Positions 9,900 to 20,691 of a stretch of DNA of 43,364 nt are shown piece after piece; position 1 is the stretch's first letter; every line of letters starts with the position of its first letter. Both the position numbers and the translations under genes were made by a program. This DNA comes from a bacterium (GTDB lineage Bacteria > Electryoneota > Electryoneia > Electryoneales > Electryoneaceae), in the NCBI GenBank assembly GCA_043801585.1, contig JAZDLX010000045.1, positions 1 through 43,364 on the forward strand, read 5' to 3'. A model generated the notes under the pieces. That model searched no databases. It had not been told where the DNA came from and worked only from the letters and a program-made list of their open reading frames with translations.

Positions 9900-10777
9900 C
9901 GTTTCTCCTCGGCGATGCGTATCAGGTATTTGCCGTAATCGTTGCTGGTCATCGGTTCAGCGAGACGGAGGAGCTGATCGCGGTCGATGAAACCTTCGCG
10001 CCAGGCGATCTCCTCCAGACAGGCGATTTTCAGTCCCGTTCGCTTCTCGATGGTCTCGACGAACATCGAGGCATCGAGAAGACTGGGATGAGTACCGGTG
10101 TCCAACCAGGCATATCCACGTCCCATCAGTTCCACACTCAACATGTCTTTCTCAAGGTAGGCCTGGTTGACGGAAGTGATTTCGAGTTCTCCGCGCGCGG
10201 AGGGTTTCACCTGCTTCGCCATCTCGACGACATCGTTCGTATAGAAATAAAGCCCGACAACAGCGTAGTTGCTTCTCGGTTGCGTCGGTTTTTCCTCGAC
10301 ACTGACGGCATGTCCCGAACTGTCAAACTCCACTACACCGTACCGTTCGGGATCCTGCACGTAATAACCGAAGATGACCGATCGCCGCTGCTCTTCCACG
10401 ATCTTGACCGACCGGGAGAGAAGGGTGATCAAGCCCTGGCCGTAAAAGATGTTGTCGCCCAGAATCAGGCTGACATCATCATCGCCGATGAACTCCTCGC
10501 CAAGAAGAAACGCCTGTGCGAGACCGTCGGGGGAGGGTTGGACCTTGTAGGAGATGTTCATCCCGAGTTGGCTGCCATCACCGAACAGATCCCCGAAACG
10601 GGGGGTGTCCTGGGGCGTTGAGATGATGAGCACATCACGGATTTTCGCGAGCATCAGCACACTCATCGGGTAGTAGACCATCGGCTTGTCGTAGATGGGC
10701 AGCAACTGCTTGACGACAGTTCGCGTGACGGGGAACAGGCGTGTGCCGCCGCCACCCGCAAGAATGATGCCCTTCAT
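9896..10777 (-). CDS. rfbA: Glucose-1-phosphate thymidylyltransferase
   Basis: [52 protein letters not shown]. Confidence 0.97.
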   Translation of the reverse strand: MKGIILAGGGGTRLFPVTRTVVKQLLPIYDKPMVYYPMSVLMLAKIRDVLIISTPQDTPRFGDLFGDGSQLGMNISYKVQPSPDGLAQAFLLGEEFIGDDDVSLILGDNIFYGQGLITLLSRSVKIVEEQRRSVIFGYYVQDPERYGVVEFDSSGHAVSVEEKPTQPRSNYAVVGLYFYTNDVVEMAKQVKPSARGELEITSVNQAYLEKDMLSVELMGRGYAWLDTGTHPSLLDASMFVETIEKRTGLKIACLEEIAWREGFIDRDQLLRLAEPMTSNDYGKYLIRIAEEKR

Positions 10778-10971
10778 CGATTGACTCCGGGATAGAGGAT
10801 GTTTCGTTTAATCTGAAGAAAATAGGCAGGGTCCGCCCCGTACACAATGAATCTGTTTCCACGACTCGCGTGAACGGTACACTCGCCAGATAGGGGGAAA
10901 GAGTGTTTCAGAGTGATCGAGAGGATATATTGTTCAATCGATAGAGACCAAAAACGGGGAGACAGGTCTGC

Positions 10972-11955
10972 ATGAGAGACGTGTACAACTCCATTCATGT
11001 GGCGGGACATACTGGGCTGGTTGGTTCCGCGATCACCGCCGAACTGCGGAAGGCCGGCTATCAGAACCTTGTGCTGCGCACGATCGACGAGCTGGACCTG
11101 ACCGATCCTGTCGCGGTGGATGGCCTCTACGCGGAGACAAAGCCGGACGCGGTCATCGTCGCCGCTGCGAAGGTCGGCGGAATCCTCGCCAATGCCACCT
11201 ACCCGGCGGACTTCATTCGTATCAATCTGCAGATCGAGATCAATTTGTTCGACGCCGCATTCCGTCACGGCGTAAAAAGGTTGATCTTCCTCGGCTCAAG
11301 CTGCATCTACCCAAAGCTGGCGCCGCAGCCGCTCAAAGAGGAATACTTCCTCACAGGTCCGCTCGAAGAAACCAATGATGCCTACGCCATTGCAAAGATC
11401 GCGGGGGTCATGATGGGCCGGTCCTACAATCGGCAGCACGGTTTCGACGCTGTCAGCCTGATGCCCACCAATCTTTACGGCCCCTGTGACAATTTCAACC
11501 TGGCCACAAGCCATGTCCTGCCGGCGTTGATTCGAAAATGCCACGAGGCAAAACGGGACGGAAATAAGGAACTGGTGATCTGGGGGACGGGGTCGCCGCT
11601 TCGAGAATTCCTCTACGTCGAGGACCTCGCGGAAGCGGTTCGTTATGTCCTCGAACAACCCCGGGAGAAAATCGATCAGGTCGCTCTGGACGGATTGATG
11701 AACGTGGGAGTTGGAGAGGATCTGTCCATTCGTGAGCTCGCCTCTTTGATTGCCGAGGTTGTCGGATTCAAGGGTGAGTTGACTCGTGATACGAGCAAAC
11801 CTGACGGCACTCCGCGGAAACTGATGGACGTCAGCCGGATCAACCGTCTGGGGTGGAAAGCGAAAACGAGCCTCCGCGAGGGGATTGCGAAAACCTATGC
11901 CTGGTACCTCGAAAACGAAGTGGAGATCCTCGCCCGCGAGGCGCAGAACGGCTGA
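10972..11955 (+). CDS. fcl: GDP-L-fucose synthase
   Basis: AGH.GLVGSA, AAAKVGGI.AN, LGSSCIYPK, YAIAKIAG, MPTNLYGP.DNF, WGTGSP.REFL, KPDGTPRK. Confidence 0.95.
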   Translation: MRDVYNSIHVAGHTGLVGSAITAELRKAGYQNLVLRTIDELDLTDPVAVDGLYAETKPDAVIVAAAKVGGILANATYPADFIRINLQIEINLFDAAFRHGVKRLIFLGSSCIYPKLAPQPLKEEYFLTGPLEETNDAYAIAKIAGVMMGRSYNRQHGFDAVSLMPTNLYGPCDNFNLATSHVLPALIRKCHEAKRDGNKELVIWGTGSPLREFLYVEDLAEAVRYVLEQPREKIDQVALDGLMNVGVGEDLSIRELASLIAEVVGFKGELTRDTSKPDGTPRKLMDVSRINRLGWKAKTSLREGIAKTYAWYLENEVEILAREAQNG

Positions 11956-12384
11956 GAGGTTTGCGCAGGAACGATACCCAAAGGCCACTTTGCCCGATTC
12001 AATCTGAATGATCAGTGGTACTTAGGGTCAAGACTGGAACAGCCCGCATTTCAATCTAACTTGGTGACAATCATCCATGACTCCGACGATATGTTTGCTG
12101 ACTGGTGTAAGTATATGTTATTTATAGAGCGGTTTCACTCTGCATATTCTACACATCAGGTAGACGCTGCGGGAATATGAGCCCCCACGCACCCCGTCGC
12201 CGCGCCCAGTGGGATTTGACGGCAAACAGTCACATGGTCACGGTCAGCACAACACGGAGCGCCATCATTCGACCCTGTACTTGGAGTTGTGGATTAGATG
12301 TTCAAAACCCTTCATGCGCCTCGACAAGAGATTCATTATTCTTCCGCTCTGTCTTGCTAACTCAAAAGCTGTGCATTATCATTG

Positions 12385-12400
12385 GTGTAATCGTTTACAT
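12385..12400. promoter_or_regulatory. LacI-type operator upstream of lacI (autoregulation)
   Basis: GTGTAATCGTTTACAT, CG-centred near-palindrome, identical to the site at 38520. Confidence 0.8.
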
Positions 12401-12514
12401 GATATTTCGCGACATGGTTTTGTATCATCATTATTTTTAATTAATTGCGTGATAGAACGTTTTATTTAATCTGTCTTCAAGAGTGTAAAACCGCACCTTT
12501 TTCATGGGAATAGT

Positions 12515-13540
12515 ATGGCAACTTTGCAGGATGTGGCTCGAGAGGCCAATGTCTCTGTCGCGACGGTCTCGAGAGTAATGAACAATGCCAAGAATGTCCG
12601 AGATGAAACCCGAGCCCGGGTTCAGGCGGCAATCCGTTCCCTGGGATTTCAACCGAGCCGGGTCGCCAGGCGGCTGAGATCGCGGACGGGGAATAATCAG
12701 TTGATCGGACTTGTTGTCCCGGATATTCAGAATCCGTTTTTCGTCGAAGTCGTGCGCGGGGTCGAGGAAGCAGCCTACTCGAACGGCCACGCTGTTCTAC
12801 TGAGCAATTATCGTTACGACGAGGAAAAGGAGAGGCTGTACCTGAACCTGATGAAATCGGAATCTGTCGATGGATTGATCATCATTCCAAACGACCGGAA
12901 TGATCGGGCGGTACAAAATCTGATCAGAAGTGGTTTGCCGATTGTTTGTGTCGACCGTGAGGTCGACAATGTGGACGCGGACGCGGTCATCGTCGATAAC
13001 CGCCGCGGGGCATTTGAGGCCACCAAACACCTGATTCGTCTGAAGAACAAGAGGATCGGGTACATCTCCGGGCCGGTTCGAATGATCACAAGCGTCGAAC
13101 GGCTTGAGGGGTTCAAAGACGCCATGGTGAGCAACGGACTTGAGATCGATGAGAATCTGATCCGGGTCGGTGATTACAAGTACGAAAGTGGAAGTCTGCT
13201 CGCCGGCGAGCTACTTGATCTCGATCAACGCCCCACGGCGCTCTTCGTTGCCAACAGTCTGATGACCCTTGGTGCGCTTGAGGCAATCCACCGCCGCGGC
13301 TTGAAAATTCCCGAAGATGTTGCCCTGATCGGTTTTGATGACATGGCCTGGGCAATCTCTCTTAATCCACCGTTGACCGCAGTCAGCCAGCCCGGATTTG
13401 AGATTGGACGGAGGGCGGCTGAGCTTCTTTTTCAGCGAATCGCTGATCCGAAGAGGCAGACCGCTCGTGTCGTCCTGGAGACCCGACTGGTCATTCGCAA
13501 ATCCTGCGGTGCGGAAATGAATCAAGGAGGACGAGGATAG
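12515..13540 (+). CDS. LacI-family transcriptional regulator, probable inositol/phytate locus repressor
   Basis: HTH TLQDVAREANVSVATVSRVMN; IGLVVPDIQNPFF; IPEDVALIGFDD; PPLTAVSQP. Confidence 0.95.
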   Translation: MATLQDVAREANVSVATVSRVMNNAKNVRDETRARVQAAIRSLGFQPSRVARRLRSRTGNNQLIGLVVPDIQNPFFVEVVRGVEEAAYSNGHAVLLSNYRYDEEKERLYLNLMKSESVDGLIIIPNDRNDRAVQNLIRSGLPIVCVDREVDNVDADAVIVDNRRGAFEATKHLIRLKNKRIGYISGPVRMITSVERLEGFKDAMVSNGLEIDENLIRVGDYKYESGSLLAGELLDLDQRPTALFVANSLMTLGALEAIHRRGLKIPEDVALIGFDDMAWAISLNPPLTAVSQPGFEIGRRAAELLFQRIADPKRQTARVVLETRLVIRKSCGAEMNQGGRG

Positions 13541-13992
13541 AACCGTTGAATCGGCGACTGATAGTACGATTCTCACGATCTGCAAGCGACGCGCCGTTTC
13601 ACTTGGGGGAACCGGATGAGCTGTCGCCTTCTTGCACCCGATCTTTCAGTGACTCTGCTATCTCGCCGTGCTAATCGTTTCGGCATTATGAATCCGAGCG
13701 GGGCTGGATCCCGTAGCGGGATCCGACAAAGGTGCCGGGGAATTCGAGAATTCCACTTCCTGAACCCCTCCGCCGATGTCCTGAATCCCAGATTCTCCCT
13801 TCCACCTCACCCGATCCAACCCACGATACAACAGCCAGAGAACAAGCATCCTTTTGTTCTGCATACCCCGGTTCAATCTGATGCCCTTCCTTCACCTCAT
13901 TATTGGGTGGGATCACCGGGCACGCACCAATTCTCGGGACCATTCACGATTCGTCAATTCAAACGATATTTGCGCTCGCACTGTATTGACGA

Positions 13993-14008
13993 ATGTAAAC
14001 GATTACAT
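13993..14008. promoter_or_regulatory. LacI-type operator upstream of the TonB receptor, directly after a -35-like TTGACG (13986-13991)
   Basis: ATGTAAACGATTACAT is the reverse complement of the consensus, ~85 bp upstream of the ATG. Confidence 0.8.
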
Positions 14009-14090
14009 AACTCTTTGGATTCATGCCTGCGATACATCAAAATTGGGAATCGAACATGAAAATCCGATTCTCACAATTGGGGGAGTCAAC

Positions 14091-16943
14091 ATGTACAAAA
14101 AACTTACAAGAGCGCTGAGGCTTACACTTTGTTTAGCCGCTCTGATCGGGCTGGTTGCCGTTCCTGCTTTGGCACAACAGTCCGGAAAGGTTATGGGGTA
14201 TATCATCGATGAGAGTTCCGGGAAATTGCTCCCCGGGGCTGGCGCACTCCTTGAAGGCACGAATTTGGGGGCAGCGTCCTTGCGTGATGGATCTTATGTC
14301 ATCTCCAACGTGCCGGCGGGGACATATAAACTTATCATCAGTTACGTTGGATATGAAAATTTTGAAACGGAAGTCACTGTTGCAGAAGGAGCCGTGGTCC
14401 AACAGGACGCGTCTCTGATCAGTGCGGTCATCAAACTCGATGAGGTAACCTATTCACTGCTCAGGCAGGGACAGGCGCGGGCGTTGTCTCTGCAACGGTC
14501 GTCGGAACGTATTGTCAACGTGGTCTCCGAGGATCTAATCGATGCGTTTCCGGATAATAATGCCGCTGAAGCGATCCAGCGTCTCCCCGGAATCACCCTC
14601 GAGCGCGATCAGGGGGAAGGTCGTTACATCGTTGTTCGCGGCACCGAATCTCGTCTCAATTCAATGATGATCAACGGGCAGCGGATTCCATCGCCGGAGG
14701 GTGATCAACGTAATCCCGTGCTCGATGTCATCCCTTCCGATCTGCTTGGTTCGATTGAGGTGAGCAAGGCACTGACACCGGACATGGACGGCGACGCCAT
14801 TGGAGGTGCAGTCGACCTGATCACCAAGGACGCCTTTGATTATGATCAACGAATAATCGAGTTTGACGCAGGCGGTGGGTACCGGAATATCCGGGGAACG
14901 GGTTCGTACCACTCGTCGTTCAGCTACATCGATAAATTCCTGGACGGTAAACTCGGAGTAACCATCGGTGCCAGTACCAACTTCACCCGCCAGGGAACGG
15001 ACAACGTGGAGATGGAGTGGGCCGACGCCTACGAGTATGTCACCGACGTTGTCGACGACTTCGAAGTAGACGAGGACGATCCCTCCGATACGACCTTTTT
15101 TTACGTAATCGATGAGACCGATGGGTGGACGCTTGCAGATTTCGAACAGCGCTACTATCGTGTTGACCGCACCCGAAACGGTGTGAACGCCAATTTCGAC
15201 TACAGGCTTGATGCAAATAACCGGTTTTTCCTGCGGACCCTCTACAATCATTACGACGACATCGAACACCGTGATCGTATCCGTTATCAAGTCGACAAGT
15301 CCGTTGACGAGGAAGAGCCAGGATCAGGCTATCAATCCGCTACATCAGTGGTCGGTTCGAGAGCTGTTCGTGAGCTGAAATACCGTGAAGAAACCCAGAT
15401 GATCCAGAGTTATGCCCTCGGTGGTGTTCATTCGTTTCCATGGTTTGACATGGATTACCAGGCGGTCTTTTCACTTGCGGATGAGGAAGAACCTTTCAGT
15501 CGCTACTATGCGTTCCAAGCGAAAGACATCGACTACACGTTCACATTGGACAAGAACTTTCCAAAATTTACCGTTGATGCAGGTGACATCAACGACCTCA
15601 GCGCCTATGAATTTGACGAGGCAGCAAACCAGGATGGCCGCTGGACCAAGGACCATGACAAGACTTACCTGGTCAACATGAAATTCCCTTACTCCTTCAG
15701 CAAAACCTCCGGTAACTTGAAGGTTGGAGCAAAATACTCCCACAAGAACAAAGAGATGAAAAATCATCGGTACGAGTATTCATGGGAGGGCGATGATGAT
15801 CTGGTGATGACCGATTTCGCCAAGGATCTCGATTACACCGATTTCATGGGTGGCGAATACGAATACCATCATCTAATTGATGAAGATCTGATTCAGGAAT
15901 ACATGGATAGCCATTCCGCGGACTTCGAGATGACGGAGAATCTCGAGGACAAGTACTTCGATTCCTTCGATGCAATCGAAGAAATCAAGGCGGGGTATGG
16001 GATGGCAACGATCAACTTCGGCAAGTTCATGTTCCTGCCCGGTGTGCGGGTTGAGCAGACCCTGACCTCCTATTTTGGGTGGGACGGCAACCTGGACGAT
16101 CCGGCTTCATTCCGCAAGATCTGGGGCGGTGAAAACACCTACACCAGCGTTCTTCCGATGGTTCATCTCCGTTACAAATTTGACAATCGCACCATTCTGC
16201 GCCTGGCATACACCAACTCGCTGGCGCGTCCGAACTATCACGACCTCGCACCGTACAGAACGACCATTGAAGATGAACAACAAGTCGGAAATCCGAAACT
16301 TGAACCAACAAGCGCCACGAACATTGACCTGATGGGTGAATACTACGTAGGGAGCCTTGGTCTCATTTCCGCCGGCTACTTCATCAAGACCCTCGACAGC
16401 TACATTTATCCACAGGTGACCGAATATGATGACCCGGCGGATGGGATCGAAAAGAGGTTCATGCCGGTCAACGGAGAAGCAGCCGACCTCAGTGGATTCG
16501 AAATCGCCTGGCAACAGCAGTTGAACTTTCTCCCCGGCGCACTGAGTGGACTGGGCGTCTACTTCAACTACACGAATACATCGTCCGAAGCGAAATATCC
16601 GAACCGTGATGTGACAACAACCCTGCCCGGCCAAGCCCAACATGTTCTGAACGCCGCCCTCTCTTACGAGAAGTCAAGGTTTTCGGGCCGCGTTTCGGTC
16701 AATTTCCATGGCAAATATCTCTTTGAGGTTGGGGAATCGGTCGATGAAGACGTCTACAAGGACAACCGTATGCAGGTGGATTTCTCATCACGTTACGCGC
16801 TGAGCAAAAACCTCAGTCTTTATGCCAACGGTATCAACCTGACCAATGCACCGCTCCGGCACTACGTTGGTATCGAAGATCATGAAGTCCAACGGGAGCA
16901 CTACTCGTTTGCACTTTCGGCAGGTCTGAAGTACAAATTCTAA
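14091..16943 (+). CDS. TonB-dependent receptor with N-terminal carboxypeptidase-regulatory-like domain (candidate phytate/inositol-phosphate receptor)
   Basis: ATG after GGGAG; signal peptide; plug FPDNNAAEAIQRLPGI...GEGRYIVVRG; IEVSKALTPDMDGDAIGGAV; GNPKLEP; terminal GLKYKF. Substrate is inferred from context. Confidence 0.92.
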   Translation: MYKKLTRALRLTLCLAALIGLVAVPALAQQSGKVMGYIIDESSGKLLPGAGALLEGTNLGAASLRDGSYVISNVPAGTYKLIISYVGYENFETEVTVAEGAVVQQDASLISAVIKLDEVTYSLLRQGQARALSLQRSSERIVNVVSEDLIDAFPDNNAAEAIQRLPGITLERDQGEGRYIVVRGTESRLNSMMINGQRIPSPEGDQRNPVLDVIPSDLLGSIEVSKALTPDMDGDAIGGAVDLITKDAFDYDQRIIEFDAGGGYRNIRGTGSYHSSFSYIDKFLDGKLGVTIGASTNFTRQGTDNVEMEWADAYEYVTDVVDDFEVDEDDPSDTTFFYVIDETDGWTLADFEQRYYRVDRTRNGVNANFDYRLDANNRFFLRTLYNHYDDIEHRDRIRYQVDKSVDEEEPGSGYQSATSVVGSRAVRELKYREETQMIQSYALGGVHSFPWFDMDYQAVFSLADEEEPFSRYYAFQAKDIDYTFTLDKNFPKFTVDAGDINDLSAYEFDEAANQDGRWTKDHDKTYLVNMKFPYSFSKTSGNLKVGAKYSHKNKEMKNHRYEYSWEGDDDLVMTDFAKDLDYTDFMGGEYEYHHLIDEDLIQEYMDSHSADFEMTENLEDKYFDSFDAIEEIKAGYGMATINFGKFMFLPGVRVEQTLTSYFGWDGNLDDPASFRKIWGGENTYTSVLPMVHLRYKFDNRTILRLAYTNSLARPNYHDLAPYRTTIEDEQQVGNPKLEPTSATNIDLMGEYYVGSLGLISAGYFIKTLDSYIYPQVTEYDDPADGIEKRFMPVNGEAADLSGFEIAWQQQLNFLPGALSGLGVYFNYTNTSSEAKYPNRDVTTTLPGQAQHVLNAALSYEKSRFSGRVSVNFHGKYLFEVGESVDEDVYKDNRMQVDFSSRYALSKNLSLYANGINLTNAPLRHYVGIEDHEVQREHYSFALSAGLKYKF

Positions 16944-16975
16944 TATTCTGAACCTCCCGCAAATGAATCTGATTC

Positions 16976-17012
16976 CGGCCGCCCGTTTCACTATCGGGCG
17001 GCCGAAAATTTT
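16976..17012. terminator. Perfect 10-bp hairpin between the convergent receptor gene and the catabolic operon
   Basis: CGGCCGCCCG-TTTCACTAT-CGGGCGGCCG then AAAATTTT. Confidence 0.65.
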
Positions 17013-17158
17013 CATGAATGAACAAAGGACAAAACTTGTTTTTTCTCCCGAACTGCTGCCGATCCACCGCCCGGGTTCTTCCGAAGTCCCGGAGCCACTC
17101 GCTTCGGCCGAGTTCGCAGAGGGCAGCCGGGCCATCACCCGCGCAGCATGCCCTGATG

Positions 17159-18049
17159 TCAGGTAACTGCGACCCACGGGGGAAATTCCGGGAGTAGTTT
17201 CTCAAAGGCGTCATTTAATTCCTTCTGGTACTCCTCTGTGTATTGGTCATTCCGAAAGCGGGTGGAGGTTTCCAGGAGGAACCGCTCCCAGGACTGATCC
17301 TCTGAACCAGGATTGATCGGATAGAAATGAAGGCCGTTTTCCTCGGCTGCGCTGCGGTCACCCGGAGCGTCACCGATCATGATCACCCGATCCGGGTGAT
17401 ATTTGCCGTCACTGGCAAATTTCAAATGTTCCCTTTTCGATCCCATCTCCTGACCGGCGATCACGCGAACGAACCGGTCGAGATCATGCTCGTTCCATTC
17501 CCGTTCCAGCGCCTCGCCTGGTGTCGAAGAGCAGACGATGATGTCCGCGAACTCGCTGATTGCTTCAAGGCTCTTGCGGACATAGGGGAAAGGCGGAACG
17601 TCATGAACCATATCGGCGACACTCTCGTTGACAGCCTTGCTCCAGGTCAGCGCCTGCTTCAGCACCGGATCCCCAGTTTGTCCCACCTCCGCCTGAAGTG
17701 CGGGATTTCCCAGTTTTGTCTCTCTCGTAATCCAGTCCCGCACAGGTTGAGCGACCGGAACATCGACTTCACGGCGAATCACGTCAGGCCATTCGCGAAG
17801 CAGGTCGAGAGTCATGATTAACGCGGGAAAACGATTGATTCCCCGCCACTTGGAATAGAGGTTGACAAATTCGGCGGCTGATCTCGCGTATTTTGAAACA
17901 GATTGCAAACCCCAGTGTTTAATGATGTTGGGAATAAAACATTCTTTATGCTTGATCTCCATGCTGTCAAAAGCACAGCCGTCCGAATCAATCGCCACGA
18001 GGTATTTATGATGCGGCTCAAGATGGATGAGCGAATCCGCCGGGTTCAT
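17159..18049 (-). CDS. HAD-superfamily hydrolase (putative phosphatase)
   Basis: Motif I DSDGC, motif II CSST, motif IV MIGDAPGD. ATG 18049 after GAGGAG. Confidence 0.85.
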   Translation of the reverse strand: MNPADSLIHLEPHHKYLVAIDSDGCAFDSMEIKHKECFIPNIIKHWGLQSVSKYARSAAEFVNLYSKWRGINRFPALIMTLDLLREWPDVIRREVDVPVAQPVRDWITRETKLGNPALQAEVGQTGDPVLKQALTWSKAVNESVADMVHDVPPFPYVRKSLEAISEFADIIVCSSTPGEALEREWNEHDLDRFVRVIAGQEMGSKREHLKFASDGKYHPDRVIMIGDAPGDRSAAEENGLHFYPINPGSEDQSWERFLLETSTRFRNDQYTEEYQKELNDAFEKLLPEFPPWVAVT

Positions 18050-18092
18050 CCTCACTCCTCCCAGTACGAGTCGATCCGTGGATCAGCATGAC

Positions 18093-19382
18093 TCATTGGA
18101 ACATCTCGGGGACATACTCGAGCAATTTTTTCTCCACAAACCGGGGTTCCAACCGAGCAAATCGCTGCCGTCCATTCACCAAAGGAACACTGACCCAGTC
18201 CTCACCGATCAATGGCTGCGCAAATCGGATAAATTCATCGGTGACATCGATACGGTTCTCTGCAATCCACCGTGCCGGGAAATGCCGCTCGGAATTCGCA
18301 GCCAGCTTGAGTGGAACTTTGTCATACCGGACATTGTAGATAAGCCCCGGATTCCTGAGGATCGTCGACATGTACCCGCCACCGTACTCGACAGCGATAA
18401 CGACTGCGTTTTGTCCGATCTTGTAAGCCTCATCGAGGTCTACGGTGGAGGCGTAGACGGCGGAATCGCGCTGGTCCGTCCCCATTGTCTGCCCTCGAGC
18501 TGTACCTCGAGTACGCAATCCCTTTGAATTCAGGTGTCCGATGATTTTCTGCTGGACCGTCATCGAGCTGGCACTGAACTGAGTATGCCCGAATGCGTCA
18601 ACCGTTGTGCCCAGCTCACCCACGTCAAACCCCTCGCTGACCACAACGATGCACCGCCCGCGCTCGAGCAACATCCGGTTGACGTTTTCTGTCAACTCGT
18701 CGAGTGTCAGACCCGATTCAGGCAAGTAAATCTGCAGAGGTATCTCGCGTTTTGGATCGGCGAGGCGTGACGCGGCGGGTATGAAACCGATATTCCTGCC
18801 CATTGCCTGCAGCACTAGGACGGGATCGGCTGGCGATGATCCCCTGTTCTCCTCTTCAGCATTTTGGACAATGCAGGTCCAGTATTTCGCGACGCTGCCA
18901 TACCCGGGAGTATGATCGATTAGCCGGAATTCATCATCTCCGAGGTCGTTATCGATGGTTTTGGCGACTCCCACCGCCTTGAGTTCAAGCCCTCTCTCCT
19001 CTGCCAGCGCGGCAATCTTGTGGGCCGTGTCCATCGAATCGTTGCCACCGATGTAGAAAAACGTGCCGATATCATGCGCCTTAAAAACCTCGATCACTCG
19101 TTCAAAATCGGCACGTTGATTTTCCTTCAGTTTGTAGCGGCAAGTACCTATCGATCCAGCAGCGGGTGTTGTCCGCAAATAGTGGATTTCCTCCTCAGGC
19201 TGTCCACTCAGGTCGAGCAGGGTCTCCTGCAGGATTCCCTCGATACCGTGCAAACCTGCGTAAACCGTTCCAAAATGATCCGAATAACTCTTGCACGCGT
19301 CGACGATTCCTCGGAGCGAATTATTGATTACCGGAGTCGGCCCGCCTGATTGGGCGACAATAACATTCCGCCCTGTTGCCAT
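18093..19382 (-). CDS. PfkA-family kinase with pyrophosphate-dependent signature
   Basis: QSGGPTPVIN, GTCR, GGNDS (Asp at the G104 position), KTIDND (Lys at the G124 position), MGR, SEG. Confidence 0.85.
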   Translation of the reverse strand: MATGRNVIVAQSGGPTPVINNSLRGIVDACKSYSDHFGTVYAGLHGIEGILQETLLDLSGQPEEEIHYLRTTPAAGSIGTCRYKLKENQRADFERVIEVFKAHDIGTFFYIGGNDSMDTAHKIAALAEERGLELKAVGVAKTIDNDLGDDEFRLIDHTPGYGSVAKYWTCIVQNAEEENRGSSPADPVLVLQAMGRNIGFIPAASRLADPKREIPLQIYLPESGLTLDELTENVNRMLLERGRCIVVVSEGFDVGELGTTVDAFGHTQFSASSMTVQQKIIGHLNSKGLRTRGTARGQTMGTDQRDSAVYASTVDLDEAYKIGQNAVVIAVEYGGGYMSTILRNPGLIYNVRYDKVPLKLAANSERHFPARWIAENRIDVTDEFIRFAQPLIGEDWVSVPLVNGRQRFARLEPRFVEKKLLEYVPEMFQ

Positions 19383-19401
19383 CTTCTTTCCCCCCTCACG
19401 C

Positions 19402-20691
19402 TCAAGAAATACCTTGTCCTGTATTCTTCACCTGTCCCTGTTCTGCCAATCGGTACAGCTTTTCTCCAGCCCGTGGAACCACGAGAATTCCTTCCTCCTG
19501 GCGGTTTTGCCAGTCCGAAATCTTGATCGTATTCGGATTGCGGTATCCGAGGTTTATCCTGCGGCAAACCCCCTCGGGGATACCCGTCGCAAGGGTAACC
19601 TGGATTCGGGGTGTTTCCACACCGTTGTCAAATGTCCCCATTCCCTTAACATGTGTGGAGTGGGCGAGTAGTCCGCCGGGGACTGCGCTGAATCGGTCCA
19701 TCTGTCGGACGAAATAATCCCGAACGTGGTACCCGATACGCTGCAGTGTTTCCCCATGTGTGACCGAGACTTCCGTGATGTGAGGACCATAGATGATGAG
19801 TTCACCTCCATCCTCGACGACGGACTCTAGTTTGTACATCCCTTTCGCACCGGTCCACAGATCATGGTACATCTCTGGAACGACCGAGAGTACTTGCCTG
19901 TAGGCACGTTGGAGATAGACGACATTCACCTTCGCCGAAAGATCCGCCGCCGCCGCCCAGGCCTCCTCGGGTGAACCGATGAACAATCCATGAAGATCCT
20001 GCGTTCCCTGAACCACCAGAGCGACACAGATCTTTTCCATGGACAGGAATGTGGCGGCTCGATCAACTACCTCTCGAACCGGGGTATGTTTCTTACCGAT
20101 AATGTTGACGTTACAGATCAACGCCCCAAGCCAGTGAAATGCGTTGATGATTTCCGGACCCGAGATACCTGGAAAGAAATACTTATTGCCCCCCGAGAAG
20201 CCAACGACTTCGTGAGGAAAAACCGGACCGACGATCAGCAAGGTATCATAGTCGTAGACCATCTTGTTGACAGTTACCGGGATATCCTCCAATATCAGGC
20301 CATGGGAGATCTTTTGGACTTCCTCCGAAGGAATCGTTCCGGCCAATCGCAGATGCCGGGGATCATTCCAGTGATGATTGAAGAATCCGGCCTTGGGAAA
20401 ACGAGTCCTGTGTTCCTGTTCATCTCGAATTCCCACTCGCCGATAAATCGCATCCGGGGACATCGGCGGATGGGTTCCGAGAGCAATAAGCAGATCGAAC
20501 GTTGCGGTCCGATTCGCGAGCAGGTCGTAAAGGGTGCGAAACATGAGATCGATCGGTCCGGAACGGGTATCGTCGGGTACGATCAGAAGCAGACGTTTGC
20601 CGTCCAGCTCACGATCCGCGAACGCCTCGTGGCAAAGCTCCCTGACCCGCCGGTCGCTCAGGGAATCGGTCTCCGAACCGAATCCGATCAT
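19402..20691 (-). CDS. LarA/lactate-racemase-family (DUF2088) protein, probable D-mannonate/D-gluconate 2-epimerase
   Basis: [33 protein letters not shown] motifs. ATGA overlap with the gnd stop. Function inferred from the uxaE-uxuB-gnd context. Confidence 0.75.
   Translation of the reverse strand: MIGFGSETDSLSDRRVRELCHEAFADRELDGKRLLLIVPDDTRSGPIDLMFRTLYDLLANRTATFDLLIALGTHPPMSPDAIYRRVGIRDEQEHRTRFPKAGFFNHHWNDPRHLRLAGTIPSEEVQKISHGLILEDIPVTVNKMVYDYDTLLIVGPVFPHEVVGFSGGNKYFFPGISGPEIINAFHWLGALICNVNIIGKKHTPVREVVDRAATFLSMEKICVALVVQGTQDLHGLFIGSPEEAWAAAADLSAKVNVVYLQRAYRQVLSVVPEMYHDLWTGAKGMYKLESVVEDGGELIIYGPHITEVSVTHGETLQRIGYHVRDYFVRQMDRFSAVPGGLLAHSTHVKGMGTFDNGVETPRIQVTLATGIPEGVCRRINLGYRNPNTIKISDWQNRQEEGILVVPRAGEKLYRLAEQGQVKNTGQGIS

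Noticed and set aside
12104..12128. AT-rich GGTGTAAGTATATGTTATTTATAG resembling a Xer/dif-like or att site at the island edge
   Set aside because: Poor symmetry, no matching copy found at the other edge, and no integrase in the window.
13541..13980. Long lacI-receptor intergenic region with a GGATCCC/GGGATCC hairpin and partial operator core TAATCGTTT (13672) as possible riboswitch or sRNA
   Set aside because: No recognisable riboswitch consensus; an Rfam/Infernal search would be needed.
13854..14090. 79-aa N-terminal extension of the TonB receptor in the ORF track
   Set aside because: It spans the operator and -35-like box; the RBS and signal peptide point to ATG 14091.
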